IMG/VR virus record: IMGVR_UViG_3300003322_000571
Span: 286,090 to 350,089 of that record
DNA: 64,000 nt
Direction: 5' to 3' (one strand)
The notes under the pieces were generated by a model that was not told where the DNA came from, did no database searches, and saw nothing but the letters and a program-made list of their open reading frames with translations. Positions 1 to 10,182 of the stretch are shown piece by piece (the first letter of the stretch is position 1; each line of letters opens with the position of its first letter). Both the position numbers and the translations under genes were made by a program.

Positions 1-209
1 CGGAAAGAGCGGCAATGGTTTCGCTCATCCCTTCCTTGATGTCGTCAATTTGCTGGAAGTAGTGAGTAACCGTAGCGAGAGCCGATTTGAACTTCTTACG
101 AATTTCCGGATCAGCCAACAGATTACCCTTCGATTCCTTTTCCTTCTTTGCAAACTTAGCCATTTATTGTTCTCCTTATTAGGCTTTTTATATGCGTATG
201 TTACGGTGT

Positions 210-920
210 TTAATACCGTTGCGTCAACTGTAACCCGTTGTTGCGGTTAAATTGACGCACCACAGTTTCGAGTTTACGCTTGACCTCTTGGACATAGCCA
301 TACTCACTGTGATTGTCGATCTTTTGTGCACCACCGATTCCCATGTTGTATGCGGCAACAGCTCGGTTCCAGTCACCGCCCGACAACTGCATGTACAGTT
401 TGAAGTGATACGCTGCGATACGAACGTTTGCTTCGTCGTTTGACAACAACAAGGCGATGATTTCTTCGTCCATCAAAGAGCCGTATTTGCGGCCTTCGAA
501 GTACTTGTCAAGTAGAACTGGAAACCGTTCAAGGACCGATCGTGCAGCAACAACTTGAACTTGCATCAAGCCGTAAGAACGCTTGCCAATCGGTGCATTC
601 TTGTTGCCAATTCGTTCCGAACGTCCACCGTTCGTTTCTTGCATCAGAATCGCTTGAAGCGTTTCTGGATTGCCGACTTCACGACCAACCATGAACACAG
701 TCTTCAGGTGGTCTGTCATACCTTCCGGTACATCGACAGATGGTTGCACGGTTTGTTCAACGACTTGAATAGGTCGTGTGAACTCCGACGCTGCGCGGAG
801 CCTTGAAGAAGGGTCCGTGAAAGTAACTTGCCCAGTTGCTGTTGCAAAACCACACAGCAACAATACTGCCAGGAATGTCAAAACCGCAGCGACTGAGGTG
901 AATTGCAGACGATTGCTCAT
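210..920 (-). CDS. lytic transglycosylase (SLT domain) with N-terminal signal/TM segment
   Basis: AILMQETNGG catalytic Glu motif, SYGLMQV, AAYNMG; AGGAG RBS favours start at 920. Confidence 0.85.
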   Translation of the reverse strand: MSNRLQFTSVAAVLTFLAVLLLCGFATATGQVTFTDPSSRLRAASEFTRPIQVVEQTVQPSVDVPEGMTDHLKTVFMVGREVGNPETLQAILMQETNGGRSERIGNKNAPIGKRSYGLMQVQVVAARSVLERFPVLLDKYFEGRKYGSLMDEEIIALLLSNDEANVRIAAYHFKLYMQLSGGDWNRAVAAYNMGIGGAQKIDNHSEYGYVQEVKRKLETVVRQFNRNNGLQLTQRY

Positions 921-1028
921 CTCTGGTTCTCCTTTTGTCAGTGAAAGAATATCCATTAGGTGTTAACAAAAACACCATGCAGGATATGACAGCCTTGGAA
1001 AATAGAAAACGGGTCAGCTTGAAAAGCG

Positions 1029-1643
1029 TTATTGCCCGAACCAAGACAGATAGTTACCCTGAAACTTCGTAGGATCATACAGATATGGCACCTTTGCGCA
1101 AATCTGAATGCGTGCTTGATATGCGTCTCCGACGTGTACAAGCGAAGTCAGGTTGATAAAGTGCGGATCGCTTGGAAAAACGATCAGCGTCCCACGTTGC
1201 GGATTAAATCCGAAACGGTGCTGGGGGAATTCGAGTTTCCCACCATACACTTCATACTCCGAATCAAACGGAGGCTGTTCTTGATAATCATTGAGGAAAA
1301 GGACGGCAGTCAAATCGCGTTGATGAATGCGAGCCCACTTTCCTGAAACATACATTGAGTTTTCTGCCTGAGGAGCACTGCTGCTACCTTCAGGAAACCA
1401 CTCAAAACGAATTCGTTCTGTTCCTTTGTACTCCAAACCGTAGTAATGTTCGAGAGTAGGAATCAGTTGCTGTAGACGGCGATATACGATGTCTTGAGCG
1501 AGGTCGTGTGTCTTAACTGTCTTGACTTCGTCACCATCTTTGTTCTTGTCAGGCACTGTAAAATCACAAGTGTCAATCAGATCCTCGCACATCAACGGCG
1601 ACATGAAATCTTCAACAACAAGAAATGGTGACTTAACCGACAT
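1029..1643 (-). CDS. 2OG-Fe(II) oxygenase / prolyl-4-hydroxylase-like fold, metal ligands apparently degenerate
   Basis: RDLTAVLFLND, GGKLEF, PQRGTLIVFPS motifs; HxD appears as QAE. Confidence 0.75.
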   Translation of the reverse strand: MSVKSPFLVVEDFMSPLMCEDLIDTCDFTVPDKNKDGDEVKTVKTHDLAQDIVYRRLQQLIPTLEHYYGLEYKGTERIRFEWFPEGSSSAPQAENSMYVSGKWARIHQRDLTAVLFLNDYQEQPPFDSEYEVYGGKLEFPQHRFGFNPQRGTLIVFPSDPHFINLTSLVHVGDAYQARIQICAKVPYLYDPTKFQGNYLSWFGQ

Positions 1644-1644
1644 T

Positions 1645-2193
1645 TTAATCCTTAATTTCGTTTACTGCTAGGGTACGAAGATATGTAACTAGATCACTCA
1701 ATGTTACGCCATTTTCCACTAGCACTGCAACAGCTTCGAGTACCTTCTTGTCGTCACGAAGATGTGTCACTGCTTCTGTCACGTCTGCACTCGAATGTTC
1801 CTTCTCACTTCGAGAGGGGTCAATGATGAATCCCGCGTCCTGTAGAATATTTTGTCCGATTAGAACATGGCTATCCATACCGCTACGGTCGTTCAAATTG
1901 AATGATGCGTTGCGAATCAACTTGCCGTCAACTTCTACGTCGAGTGTGACGATTGGACGTGTAACACCACCAGCATCTGCAGAGTGAACTTCTTGAGATC
2001 CGTCGAGTGGCAATGTCAGATAGTTGTCTGACAGCATAGGACAGCGAAACCGTACTTGACCTCGCCCTTGCTGAATATCTTCAGCGTGCAGAGACGACGT
2101 TGTTGCACCTGTGTCAACTTTGCCCTCCACACCACGTCCACCAAGTGACAAGAACGTCACTTGTGCTGTGTTTCCGATTACTTTCTTGTCCAT
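1645..2193 (-). CDS. retropepsin-like (RimK-associated putative ATP-dependent Zn protease family) peptidase
   Basis: KVDTGATTSSLHA, RPIV, LNDRSGM, VLIGQN motifs. Confidence 0.8.
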   Translation of the reverse strand: MDKKVIGNTAQVTFLSLGGRGVEGKVDTGATTSSLHAEDIQQGRGQVRFRCPMLSDNYLTLPLDGSQEVHSADAGGVTRPIVTLDVEVDGKLIRNASFNLNDRSGMDSHVLIGQNILQDAGFIIDPSRSEKEHSSADVTEAVTHLRDDKKVLEAVAVLVENGVTLSDLVTYLRTLAVNEIKD

Positions 2194-2861
2194 TATTTCA
2201 CTCCAAATTTGCGGTGATACGTATTTATGCGCTCTAGAAGCGGACGGACGTAAGGTTCCACCGGTTGTTTGAAGATCAATGGGACGGCACCCTTCTCACT
2301 AGACATCAAGATAACAATATTGTCAATCTTGATTCCGTACCTCTCTTCACACATCAAAGCATAAGCAGTCGTCTGAAGATAGTAGTCACCAATCTTATCA
2401 GACGACTTGTCATTTGTAGAGGTTTTGAAGTCGATGATCGACAGCTTACCGTCGTATTCGCCGATGCAGTCAACACGACCTGCAACACGCATAACGTCAC
2501 TCCACAGAGCCGTTTCTTGCGTGACAATGTTGTTGACTTTGCGTAGAGGGAGGCGAAGCTGATTGAAACCGACGATGTGTTCTGGTTTGTGCCCAGCTGT
2601 CGGCTTCGGATCATTGTTGAGGAGGTTCTCGATCATCGCATGAATCGCTGTGCCTCGATCGGCAGCACGTTTCATTTCCTTATCAGCGCGATCCGCACCA
2701 AGCGAATTACGCCAATCAGTTAACCATGGTTTCTCTTCGGAACCTAGAATTGTCGTGATCGAAGGATACTTGTTCCCTTCCGGGGTTACATAGAAGCGAC
2801 CTTTAGGTCCTTCGATCGTCTTGAGTTCTACAGGATTTACGTTATTCAGGTGTACGTACAC
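2193..2861 (-). CDS. PD-(D/E)XK exonuclease (Cas4/RecB-like)
   Basis: YPSITTIL, RGTAIH, AGRVDC, IIDFKTS, YYLQ..AY. Confidence 0.85.
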   Translation of the reverse strand: MYVHLNNVNPVELKTIEGPKGRFYVTPEGNKYPSITTILGSEEKPWLTDWRNSLGADRADKEMKRAADRGTAIHAMIENLLNNDPKPTAGHKPEHIVGFNQLRLPLRKVNNIVTQETALWSDVMRVAGRVDCIGEYDGKLSIIDFKTSTNDKSSDKIGDYYLQTTAYALMCEERYGIKIDNIVILMSSEKGAVPLIFKQPVEPYVRPLLERINTYHRKFGVK

Positions 2862-2869
2862 AGCAAGCC

Positions 2870-3199
2870 TTATTGAGTCTGCGAAGCAGAACCAGGCGTT
2901 GCAGCACCGGCGCTACCCGGTGTCGTAGTTTGGTTGTTAGCTTGCATCTGCTGACCTTGTTGAGCCTGCGGATTAGCTTGTGTACCTGCCTTCTTCTGTT
3001 CTGCTTGTAGTTGTTCTTGTTTTTGAGCAAGCATTGTCTGAAGCTGCTGTTTACGAGCGAGAAGCGGCTTGTTTTGCTGTGCAATACGTGCATCCAAAGC
3101 ACTGATTTGCGCTTGCAAATTCTGCACGTCTGCCGCTGTATCTTCAACCAATGGTTTATTTACAATACCCAAGTATTGCTTAAATGTCAACTTGTTCAT
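2870..3199 (-). CDS. hypothetical Gln-rich coiled-coil protein
   Basis: 109 aa ORF tightly packed in minus-strand operon. Confidence 0.7.
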   Translation of the reverse strand: MNKLTFKQYLGIVNKPLVEDTAADVQNLQAQISALDARIAQQNKPLLARKQQLQTMLAQKQEQLQAEQKKAGTQANPQAQQGQQMQANNQTTTPGSAGAATPGSASQTQ

Positions 3200-3201
3200 G
3201 G

Positions 3202-4320
3202 TTACTTCACTCGGTTAAGGATGTAGCTCGCAATCTCGTGTGGATGAACTTTGCCACGAATAGGAGGAACTTTCTTTGGGGTGTGTTGAACGGGTGCTGA
3301 CCTAACACGTGGTTGAGGCATCGGCACTTCTTCATCTTCTTGATCAACTGACAGACTACGCTTTTCAGTAACTTCAAAGTCGTCATCATTGTCGTGACCC
3401 ATTTCGCTACGGAACTTGGACAACTGAGCAAGACGCTTGACTTCGCGTTCTTCTTCTTTCTTAGCCTTGTTGTACTGCTCCATGTCAAGCAGTTGTTCTT
3501 CCTGCTTTACTTTCAGGGAAGCACGGCGGGCGATCGAATCTGCTTCCTTCGTCTTAGCTTCAGCTTCACGAGCGCGGGCATCAGCTGTACGCGCTTCAGC
3601 GTCAGCCATCATCATGTCGATTACTTTGTTGAGCAGAGACTTCGCGTCTTCATCGTCACCTGTATCGGCTGGGAGTTCCGCATCAACATCGTCCATTCCT
3701 TCCATGTCGCCTTCAGGCGGAACTTCACCGTCTGCACCTTGCAAGTCGACGTTTTCTTCTTCGTCTTCTTGAACTTCAGGCCATTGAACGTCGACGATGT
3801 CGAAACGGTCCTTCAGCTTGAACAACACTTCAGCAATTTCAGGTGGTGCTTCATCTTCTTCGACGTCAGCCAAAAATGCTTGGAGTGCTTTTTCGAAGTC
3901 TTCAGCTTGTTCGTGCTTAACGACAACACGAACAAGACCACGTTCGTCATCTTCCAAACCGAACGTGACTGTATCACGATGATCTTGCTCTTCGCGGCTT
4001 TCTAGGCCTTTCAGCTTTGCAATAACACCTGCTGTGTCAAAAGTCTTGTTACCGCCGTACGTATTACCTTGGCCTTCTCCGTCTTGCGAGAATTCGACCA
4101 GTTTAGCATACTGTTCTTTGAGCGACTTCTTTTTTGTAGCCTTGGAAGTCTCTTCTTCGTCACCGACGAACGTTTCTTCCTTGTCGGCTTGAGGCTTTGT
4201 ACGCTTTACCAGAACGGAGAAAAGCGGCATGGCCATTCCTCCAGCCATACCGCCTGCGCCTACAGCTCCGCCAGCTGCGTCTTCTTTGACAAGCGCGTTG
4301 ATCTTTTTGATTAGTTCCAT
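3202..4320 (-). CDS. hypothetical acidic coiled-coil protein
   Basis: long ORF; start moved to MELIKK downstream of CATAAATA motif. Confidence 0.75.
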   Translation of the reverse strand: MELIKKINALVKEDAAGGAVGAGGMAGGMAMPLFSVLVKRTKPQADKEETFVGDEEETSKATKKKSLKEQYAKLVEFSQDGEGQGNTYGGNKTFDTAGVIAKLKGLESREEQDHRDTVTFGLEDDERGLVRVVVKHEQAEDFEKALQAFLADVEEDEAPPEIAEVLFKLKDRFDIVDVQWPEVQEDEEENVDLQGADGEVPPEGDMEGMDDVDAELPADTGDDEDAKSLLNKVIDMMMADAEARTADARAREAEAKTKEADSIARRASLKVKQEEQLLDMEQYNKAKKEEEREVKRLAQLSKFRSEMGHDNDDDFEVTEKRSLSVDQEDEEVPMPQPRVRSAPVQHTPKKVPPIRGKVHPHEIASYILNRVK

Positions 4321-4392
4321 TGTTGTCCCAATCCTAGGTGATTTTGCTAGGTATTTATGGAACAACTACGGAAAGCAACGCGCTACGTGTGG

Positions 4393-4686
4393 TTACTTCA
4401 GTCCGGCTACCTTGAAAGTACGCCACTTCAAATCATAACTGACGCCCTGAGTATGTTCGAGCCAGTCTTCGAAGTTGAACATGCGATTGACGAACGATTC
4501 CTTGTATTCAGCGTATTCCTTATACAAAGCTGCGATTTCTTGTCGTTCAGCAGGTTCGAGTTCAGTAACATCGATCGCCTTCACGGCGTCTGTTGGTACG
4601 TATGTGGGAATAATTACACGATCAGAAGTTTCAGACGTGCTCTTTTCATATACGACAGGCGTAACGGTTGCTTCAACTAGTTTCAT
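4393..4686 (-). CDS. hypothetical protein
   Basis: GAAGGAG RBS before MKLVEA; abuts upstream stop. Confidence 0.7.
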   Translation of the reverse strand: MKLVEATVTPVVYEKSTSETSDRVIIPTYVPTDAVKAIDVTELEPAERQEIAALYKEYAEYKESFVNRMFNFEDWLEHTQGVSYDLKWRTFKVAGLK

Positions 4687-4687
4687 A

Positions 4688-5011
4688 TCACTCTCCTTCA
4701 GGAGTCTTGCTTTCATTCAGGAACTTTTCGACGTCGATTTCTGTTGGTGCCTGAGGTGCCTTAGGCAGCAAACCAAGAGCTTCTGCTGCCTTAACAGCGG
4801 CTTCGCGTTCCTTTGAGATCGTTTGGACCAGTTCGTTTTGCAAGTGCTTGAGAGCAGCTTGGACGAGCAACAGTTCAGAACTAGCATCAAACTCACGCTC
4901 ACGCCATCGGTCGAAGTGAGAAATCATTGCTTTGACTTCATCACTCATCTTTTCGACTTCAAACACATTTCCGTCAATGGTAATAGTCGTAGTGGGAACT
5001 ACTTTGGACAT
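4688..5011 (-). CDS. hypothetical coiled-coil protein
   Basis: 107 aa ORF with GGAG RBS downstream of helicase. Confidence 0.7.
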   Translation of the reverse strand: MSKVVPTTTITIDGNVFEVEKMSDEVKAMISHFDRWREREFDASSELLLVQAALKHLQNELVQTISKEREAAVKAAEALGLLPKAPQAPTEIDVEKFLNESKTPEGE

Positions 5012-5044
5012 TCAAAATTCTCCTTGTTATAGTTATGTTGATGA

Positions 5045-6379
5045 TTAATCATCCATATCCATTAGATCGAGAACGGATTTAGGCCTATTCTTTCCCGCTT
5101 TAACAGCTTGGATCTTTTGGGTGATAACTCCGTCGTCGTCAACGTCTTCATTATCCTTGTTATCTAGGTTCTCAATCAACAGCCTGTTGTTATTCCATTT
5201 AAGGTATGCCGTCTTACCCACACCGTCGCTGCTACGAGTCTTAAGGAAGACAAACCCGATTTCCCCTGCAGCCTTCATAGTTGGTGACAAAACAATCGAA
5301 ACGTACCAGTCGACAGTGTTAACCTTTGTCAAACCACCTGCGATGTGCCCTTGGTTGAGTTCCTTCGCTTCGATAGCACTGCGGTTTTGCTGAGAAGCAG
5401 TAGCAATGTACATATTGTAGTCAAAACCAATGTCACGAAGCTGTTCTGCAGCGCGTTTATCCTTCTCGGAGATGTTATCAGCGGAAACTGATTCGTTAGA
5501 TCCCATGATGTCCAGGTAGTCAACAATCAACAAGTCCGGCACAAAACCGTACTTCAGTTCAAATTCTTTGATGTACGCACGAATTTGGTTTGCTGTTGTT
5601 CCGGAGTTCATCCGTTTAATAAACAGCTTGCCAGTCTTCTTGCCGATGTTCTTAACAGCTGTTGCGATCTCACGGTAGTTTTGCTGCCAAGCAACAGTTG
5701 GCACACCCGTGATCATTGTGTCAAACCGTTGACCAACGAGTTCTTCAGACAGTTCAAGCGAAATGTACAAGACATTCAACCCTTGCTGCGTGAAATTCAA
5801 ACCCAAGTTGGCAAGAGCAATCGATTTACCACCACCCGAATTGGCACTGAACAGAATCATTTCTGTGCGGGCAAGACCTCCGTTGAGAAGGCTATCAACA
5901 TCGCGCCACAGTGTTGGTGTACGCTGTGGAGTTTCGGCCATTTTCTCAAGACGCTTGAGAGGATCGGAGAAGTAGTCAAGACCGAGGTCGCGGTTAAGCG
6001 ACACAAGCATTGCGTCCTTAATCAGCGTTTCAATTCCACCGTCTTTTCCCTCTGCAAGCAGTTTGCTAGATTTGACAATCGCCTGTTCCATTGCCTTTTT
6101 GCGGCAGAACTGTTCGATTTCGTTTGAGCAATACGAAATCTGATCGCGCGTAACCTGATGTGTCTTGAGTTTGACATCAGTTTCCGCTTCGATCTGATCA
6201 GTAGACGGAGTGGTGTTGTATTTGTCGTAGTACTCGTTAATGAAGCCAACCGTCTGCCTAAATTCTGGGTTGAAGTATTCAGGCTTGACGATTGACTTAC
6301 ACAGAGCAAATGTATCAGCGGACGAGATTAGATACTCGATCAGCAATTGTTGTTTTTTATCGTTGTTATTCAATTGCAA
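5045..6379 (-). CDS. dnaB: replicative DnaB-like helicase (T4 gp41-like)
   Basis: Walker A ANSGGGKS, YISLELSE, Walker B LIVDYLD, ATASQQNR. Confidence 0.93.
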   Translation of the reverse strand: MQLNNNDKKQQLLIEYLISSADTFALCKSIVKPEYFNPEFRQTVGFINEYYDKYNTTPSTDQIEAETDVKLKTHQVTRDQISYCSNEIEQFCRKKAMEQAIVKSSKLLAEGKDGGIETLIKDAMLVSLNRDLGLDYFSDPLKRLEKMAETPQRTPTLWRDVDSLLNGGLARTEMILFSANSGGGKSIALANLGLNFTQQGLNVLYISLELSEELVGQRFDTMITGVPTVAWQQNYREIATAVKNIGKKTGKLFIKRMNSGTTANQIRAYIKEFELKYGFVPDLLIVDYLDIMGSNESVSADNISEKDKRAAEQLRDIGFDYNMYIATASQQNRSAIEAKELNQGHIAGGLTKVNTVDWYVSIVLSPTMKAAGEIGFVFLKTRSSDGVGKTAYLKWNNNRLLIENLDNKDNEDVDDDGVITQKIQAVKAGKNRPKSVLDLMDMDD

Positions 6380-6412
6380 CTCCTATTGCAAGGAGCATAC
6401 GATCGAAACTGA

Positions 6413-7408
6413 TTAACCAACAACTAGAATCTGTGGATACGTTGTCTTTACTGCGGACGGGCTTACAAACCCCTTCCCGCCTGTGATATACGTCTGTGGA
6501 GACGTCTTATCAACGTAGTACGCATCGACATACCTGTCGTAGATGCGGTCGACTGAGGCGAAAGGAGATGTTCCTAGAACATAAAGCACTCGTCCTGGCG
6601 TTAATGGTTGAGTACTAATTGCACTCAAGTAGAACCCAGCTCCGTTGGGAATAATTCCCTGTGAGAAATACGGAGGTGCTAACGGAGACGTCAGTAGGTT
6701 GAAACTACGCAGTGTGTACATCTTGCCATTGATGATCGCTTTCTGAGCGTTGACCCACGGAGAGTCTACCGATACAACGTTGTCAATATTGATGTAATCG
6801 ACAATCACGTCGCCTTGTGGCGACAAATAGGTGATTGTGATGCCAACGGTTGTAGAGGAATCCAATGTTGCAATTGTTACTTCACCATTATCGCTAGACA
6901 ATTGCAGAACATCGGCTGGAACGGCAGCAGGATTAATGCTGTCAGCATTCGTTGTATTCTGAGAAGCAAGTGAAATACACTGAGCTGTACCTGAATATGC
7001 TGTACGGAACGTCAGCAGTGTCGTATTCAGGTCGATAGTTTCGATCGACAACGGTTCCTCCGTTACAAGAACAGATTCTCCGTCAATCACTTTGTATACG
7101 TATGCGTGAATTACTGGCTTGTTTGCCAGGTCGTGCTTGATCAGCCATTGGCTGTCAGCAATTGTTTGGTTGTATGTGAAGAGAACTCGTCGCTGAATCC
7201 AATCTTCAATACCAGCAATCTCCGGCGGATTTGCTGGCGTGTTATTGATGTCACGAATCAATGTGACGCGACGAAGCTTCCCGAGGCAACCAAGGGTGAT
7301 GTTGCAGTTTGGTAGAACATCGAGCCCCTGTTTATTCTCAGGCACGCGATTTCGACGGTTGCACGTATCACATTCGTATACGTGTTCACCCCTGGTTGTC
7401 GTAGCCAT
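6413..7408 (-). CDS. hypothetical beta-rich protein, possibly virion structural
   Basis: 331 aa Thr/Ser-rich ORF with N-terminal CxxC. Confidence 0.7.
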   Translation of the reverse strand: MATTTRGEHVYECDTCNRRNRVPENKQGLDVLPNCNITLGCLGKLRRVTLIRDINNTPANPPEIAGIEDWIQRRVLFTYNQTIADSQWLIKHDLANKPVIHAYVYKVIDGESVLVTEEPLSIETIDLNTTLLTFRTAYSGTAQCISLASQNTTNADSINPAAVPADVLQLSSDNGEVTIATLDSSTTVGITITYLSPQGDVIVDYINIDNVVSVDSPWVNAQKAIINGKMYTLRSFNLLTSPLAPPYFSQGIIPNGAGFYLSAISTQPLTPGRVLYVLGTSPFASVDRIYDRYVDAYYVDKTSPQTYITGGKGFVSPSAVKTTYPQILVVG

Positions 7409-7722
7409 TAGTTCAGTTTACCTTCCCATTCGTTCAGAGTCTGAGCGATGATGATACTAGATGTGCGTTCTTGGTATGCCTTAGCGAGTTGCTCAGGCAC
7501 ATCAACAGATTGACTAACAATCTGTGCGCGGAAGAATTTATGTTCGCCTTCTGGATTTGCAAGGCTATGCGGGAACAGGTCAAGTGCATATTCGCCGTTC
7601 TGACGTTGAATCGGACGAATAACAAGTGGATGTTCCACAACGATAAAGTTAGCGTCATGTGCGACAACTTTAGCAATAAGTTCAGCGCCTCCCGGCAGGC
7701 TGAATAGAATCTGATCAGTCAT
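7408..7722 (-). CDS. hypothetical protein (Sm-like fold possible)
   Basis: AAGGA RBS before MTDQ; ELIAKV...VEHPLVI pattern. Confidence 0.65.
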   Translation of the reverse strand: MTDQILFSLPGGAELIAKVVAHDANFIVVEHPLVIRPIQRQNGEYALDLFPHSLANPEGEHKFFRAQIVSQSVDVPEQLAKAYQERTSSIIIAQTLNEWEGKLN

Positions 7723-7745
7723 GGTTTTCCTTATAGTTCTTTTTA

Positions 7746-8315
7746 TCACACGTCGAACAGAGACGTGTAACCATTTACAGCAGTTGCTTTGACTGCATAA
7801 TAGTACGGGATTCCGTACAAAATTACTTCAGCGTGAGATTCAATTCCCTCGCGAAGGTTTGTTGAAGAATATGTGTACTTCAACATGTCAGTAACAACTT
7901 CAGATGCCTTTAGGCTGTCTCCGAAGTGTTCAAACAAAGTATCGACGACACGTCGGTAGTCGTGACTCGAATTCGTCACTTCCTTGCTATACAGGAAGTG
8001 GTATCCATTGATCGGGAACACGTAGAACAACTCTTGTTGTGATTCTACGAGCGGGGGCTGCGTATATGTAAACACAGCCCGCTGACGAAGGTTAGTGAAC
8101 TTCTCACGAAACGCTTCGTTGAAAATCTCACCTACGACGTCATTTCGCTTTTGTTGGCGAACTTTAACCTTCTGGAAAGGAAGGTATGTCGAAGGGAGTG
8201 GCTTTAAAAGCGGCAAGCCCGCAGACTCTTTCAAGAACTGCGAGCATTCCGCTTTGATCAACGATGATTCACGAGTGCCAAAACTAGGCGTGCCAATGAT
8301 GTCTTCAAATAGCAT
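7746..8315 (-). CDS. hypothetical protein
   Basis: 189 aa ORF preceded by CATAAATA. Confidence 0.75.
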   Translation of the reverse strand: MLFEDIIGTPSFGTRESSLIKAECSQFLKESAGLPLLKPLPSTYLPFQKVKVRQQKRNDVVGEIFNEAFREKFTNLRQRAVFTYTQPPLVESQQELFYVFPINGYHFLYSKEVTNSSHDYRRVVDTLFEHFGDSLKASEVVTDMLKYTYSSTNLREGIESHAEVILYGIPYYYAVKATAVNGYTSLFDV

Positions 8316-8362
8316 GCAATACCTCTTTTCAGAGGTATTTATGGCGGACTCAATCGTTGGAT

Positions 8363-8677
8363 TTACGCCTGAGGTTGTTCACCCTGTGACAGGTCTTGAA
8401 CGACTCGGTCGATGAACTCATTGCATTCTGCAATGTTGCGTTGCAGGACGCAACGCGGACCTTGCACGACTTCGTTCAGCAGATATGCGAACTCGGTTTG
8501 CAGGACGTAGGCGTAGTTGGGGCCGTTCTTGCCGCGATGTGCACGCTCGAGACGAGCGGTTGCTTGGTTGAACGTGGAGGAGAGATAGCGGACGATCTGA
8601 CCGATGTCCTTTTCGTTACGAACTTCTGCCATAATGGTTCCTTGAGGCAGTTGATGAAATCGCTTTGTTTGTTTCAA
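8363..8677 (-). CDS. hypothetical protein
   Basis: 104 aa ORF; true start may be internal MAEV. Confidence 0.6.
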   Translation of the reverse strand: MKQTKRFHQLPQGTIMAEVRNEKDIGQIVRYLSSTFNQATARLERAHRGKNGPNYAYVLQTEFAYLLNEVVQGPRCVLQRNIAECNEFIDRVVQDLSQGEQPQA

Positions 8678-8775
8678 AGCGGGCTTAACATGTAGCTCAC
8701 TTTACTGATATTCTTTTTACCTTCAACGTTGTTGACCCTACCTGTTTTTAAGACAATGTGCGTCAAGGAGCTTAC

Positions 8776-9225
8776 ATGAAACTAAGACAAATTATCGCTC
8801 ATATGGATGCAGCTCATGTATACGCAGGGCTATCGTATTGTAATCGACGTAAGGTCGGTTCTGTCATCGTCAAAGATAACCGAATCATCTCTATCGGCTA
8901 CAATGGTACACCACCCGGTGCATGTAACTGCTGTGAAGGTGAGGACGGCAAAACACTACCAAATGTGATTCACGCTGAGGACAATGCGATCCGCAAGCTG
9001 AAGAATTCGCCTGAAACAGGCGTTGGTGCTACGATGTTCATCACAACAGCACCGTGTGAACCATGCGCTCAAATGATTATTGACGCTGGGATTGTTCACG
9101 TTGTTTACGACCAAAGTTATACGAATGACCACGGTATTGTCTTCCTACGCGAACGAGGCGTAACTGTTGACAATATTACCCAATTAGTGGATAGTGCTCT
9201 CATTGATAACAAGGAACAACAATGA
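8776..9225 (+). CDS. dCMP deaminase
   Basis: HAEDNA and PCEPC zinc motifs, GYNGTP; AGGAG RBS. Confidence 0.93.
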   Translation: MKLRQIIAHMDAAHVYAGLSYCNRRKVGSVIVKDNRIISIGYNGTPPGACNCCEGEDGKTLPNVIHAEDNAIRKLKNSPETGVGATMFITTAPCEPCAQMIIDAGIVHVVYDQSYTNDHGIVFLRERGVTVDNITQLVDSALIDNKEQQ

Positions 9226-9737
9226 CACAATTGATTTTGCCGGAACAATACGAAATCAACGTTGACTTAGACGGCGTTCTCGTTGACTTCCAAGCAAAGG
9301 CGTTCGAAATCGCTGGCTTGCGTCCGTCTGATGATCCTGCTGACAAGCAACTCCGTCGTGACTTCTGGAAGAGGATCGAAATGCATGTCCGTAAGGGCGG
9401 CTCGTTCTTCGAAGACATGAAGCCGATGGTTGATGCTTTTGTCTTGTGGGACTACATCAAGCACCGTAGTCCGACGATTTGTTCTGCGACCGGCCACGTT
9501 GTCGGTGCAGCGCAGGAAAAGCGCAACTGGGTTCGTCGCCATCTTGGCGTTGAAACCGCTAACTCTGCTCGGTTTGTTCGTGATGGCCGCATGAAGGCTC
9601 AATACGCACATCCGCTCGCAATCCTGATCGATGACCGCAAGAAGGTTCTCGATCCGTGGATTGAAGCTGGTGGTATTGGTATTCTTCATACGTCTGCTGA
9701 CCGTACGATCGCACAACTTAAGGAGATGGGTCTGTGA
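9222..9737 (+). CDS. HAD-family 5'(3')-deoxyribonucleotidase
   Basis: DLDGVL motif I, ILIDD motif IV. Confidence 0.85.
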   Translation: MTQLILPEQYEINVDLDGVLVDFQAKAFEIAGLRPSDDPADKQLRRDFWKRIEMHVRKGGSFFEDMKPMVDAFVLWDYIKHRSPTICSATGHVVGAAQEKRNWVRRHLGVETANSARFVRDGRMKAQYAHPLAILIDDRKKVLDPWIEAGGIGILHTSADRTIAQLKEMGL

Positions 9738-10141
9738 CCTATGAAGCATTCGTCCTGACGCCCGAATCACGGGCACAAATCCTCGCTCACTACCCCCCGA
9801 AGCATCCGAACGTCATCGCTCACCATGTGACGCATGCGTTCGGTGTCAAGGAAGGGCACAGCGTAGGCACGCTGATCAACAAGATCAAGTTGGAATACGG
9901 TCTGTTGTACACACCGATCAAAGTGCTCGGTCATGTGTTCAACGGAGGTGTTCAGGCAGTAATTGTTGAAGTCGTCGGTGCTGAACGTCGTCCTGACGGT
10001 AAGCGCTACCACATCACGATTTCCATTGATCAAGATCGTGGCTACAAGCCAGCCGACTCGAATAAACTGATCGCAGACGTTGGCGAGAACTTTGAACGCG
10101 AAGATCAAACGTTCGTCGCGGGTACCTTCGAGTACATTTGA
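9734..10141 (+). CDS. 2H phosphoesterase-like protein
   Basis: two HxT motifs (HVT, HIT) ~70 aa apart. Confidence 0.65.
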   Translation: MTYEAFVLTPESRAQILAHYPPKHPNVIAHHVTHAFGVKEGHSVGTLINKIKLEYGLLYTPIKVLGHVFNGGVQAVIVEVVGAERRPDGKRYHITISIDQDRGYKPADSNKLIADVGENFEREDQTFVAGTFEYI

Positions 10142-10156
10142 CAGCGACAGCTAAAC

Positions 10157-10182
10157 AAAAAGCCCACCTAGGTGGGCTTTTT
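10157..10182. terminator. bidirectional intrinsic terminator
   Basis: AAAAA-GCCCAC-CTAG-GTGGGC-TTTTT between convergent genes. Confidence 0.85.
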
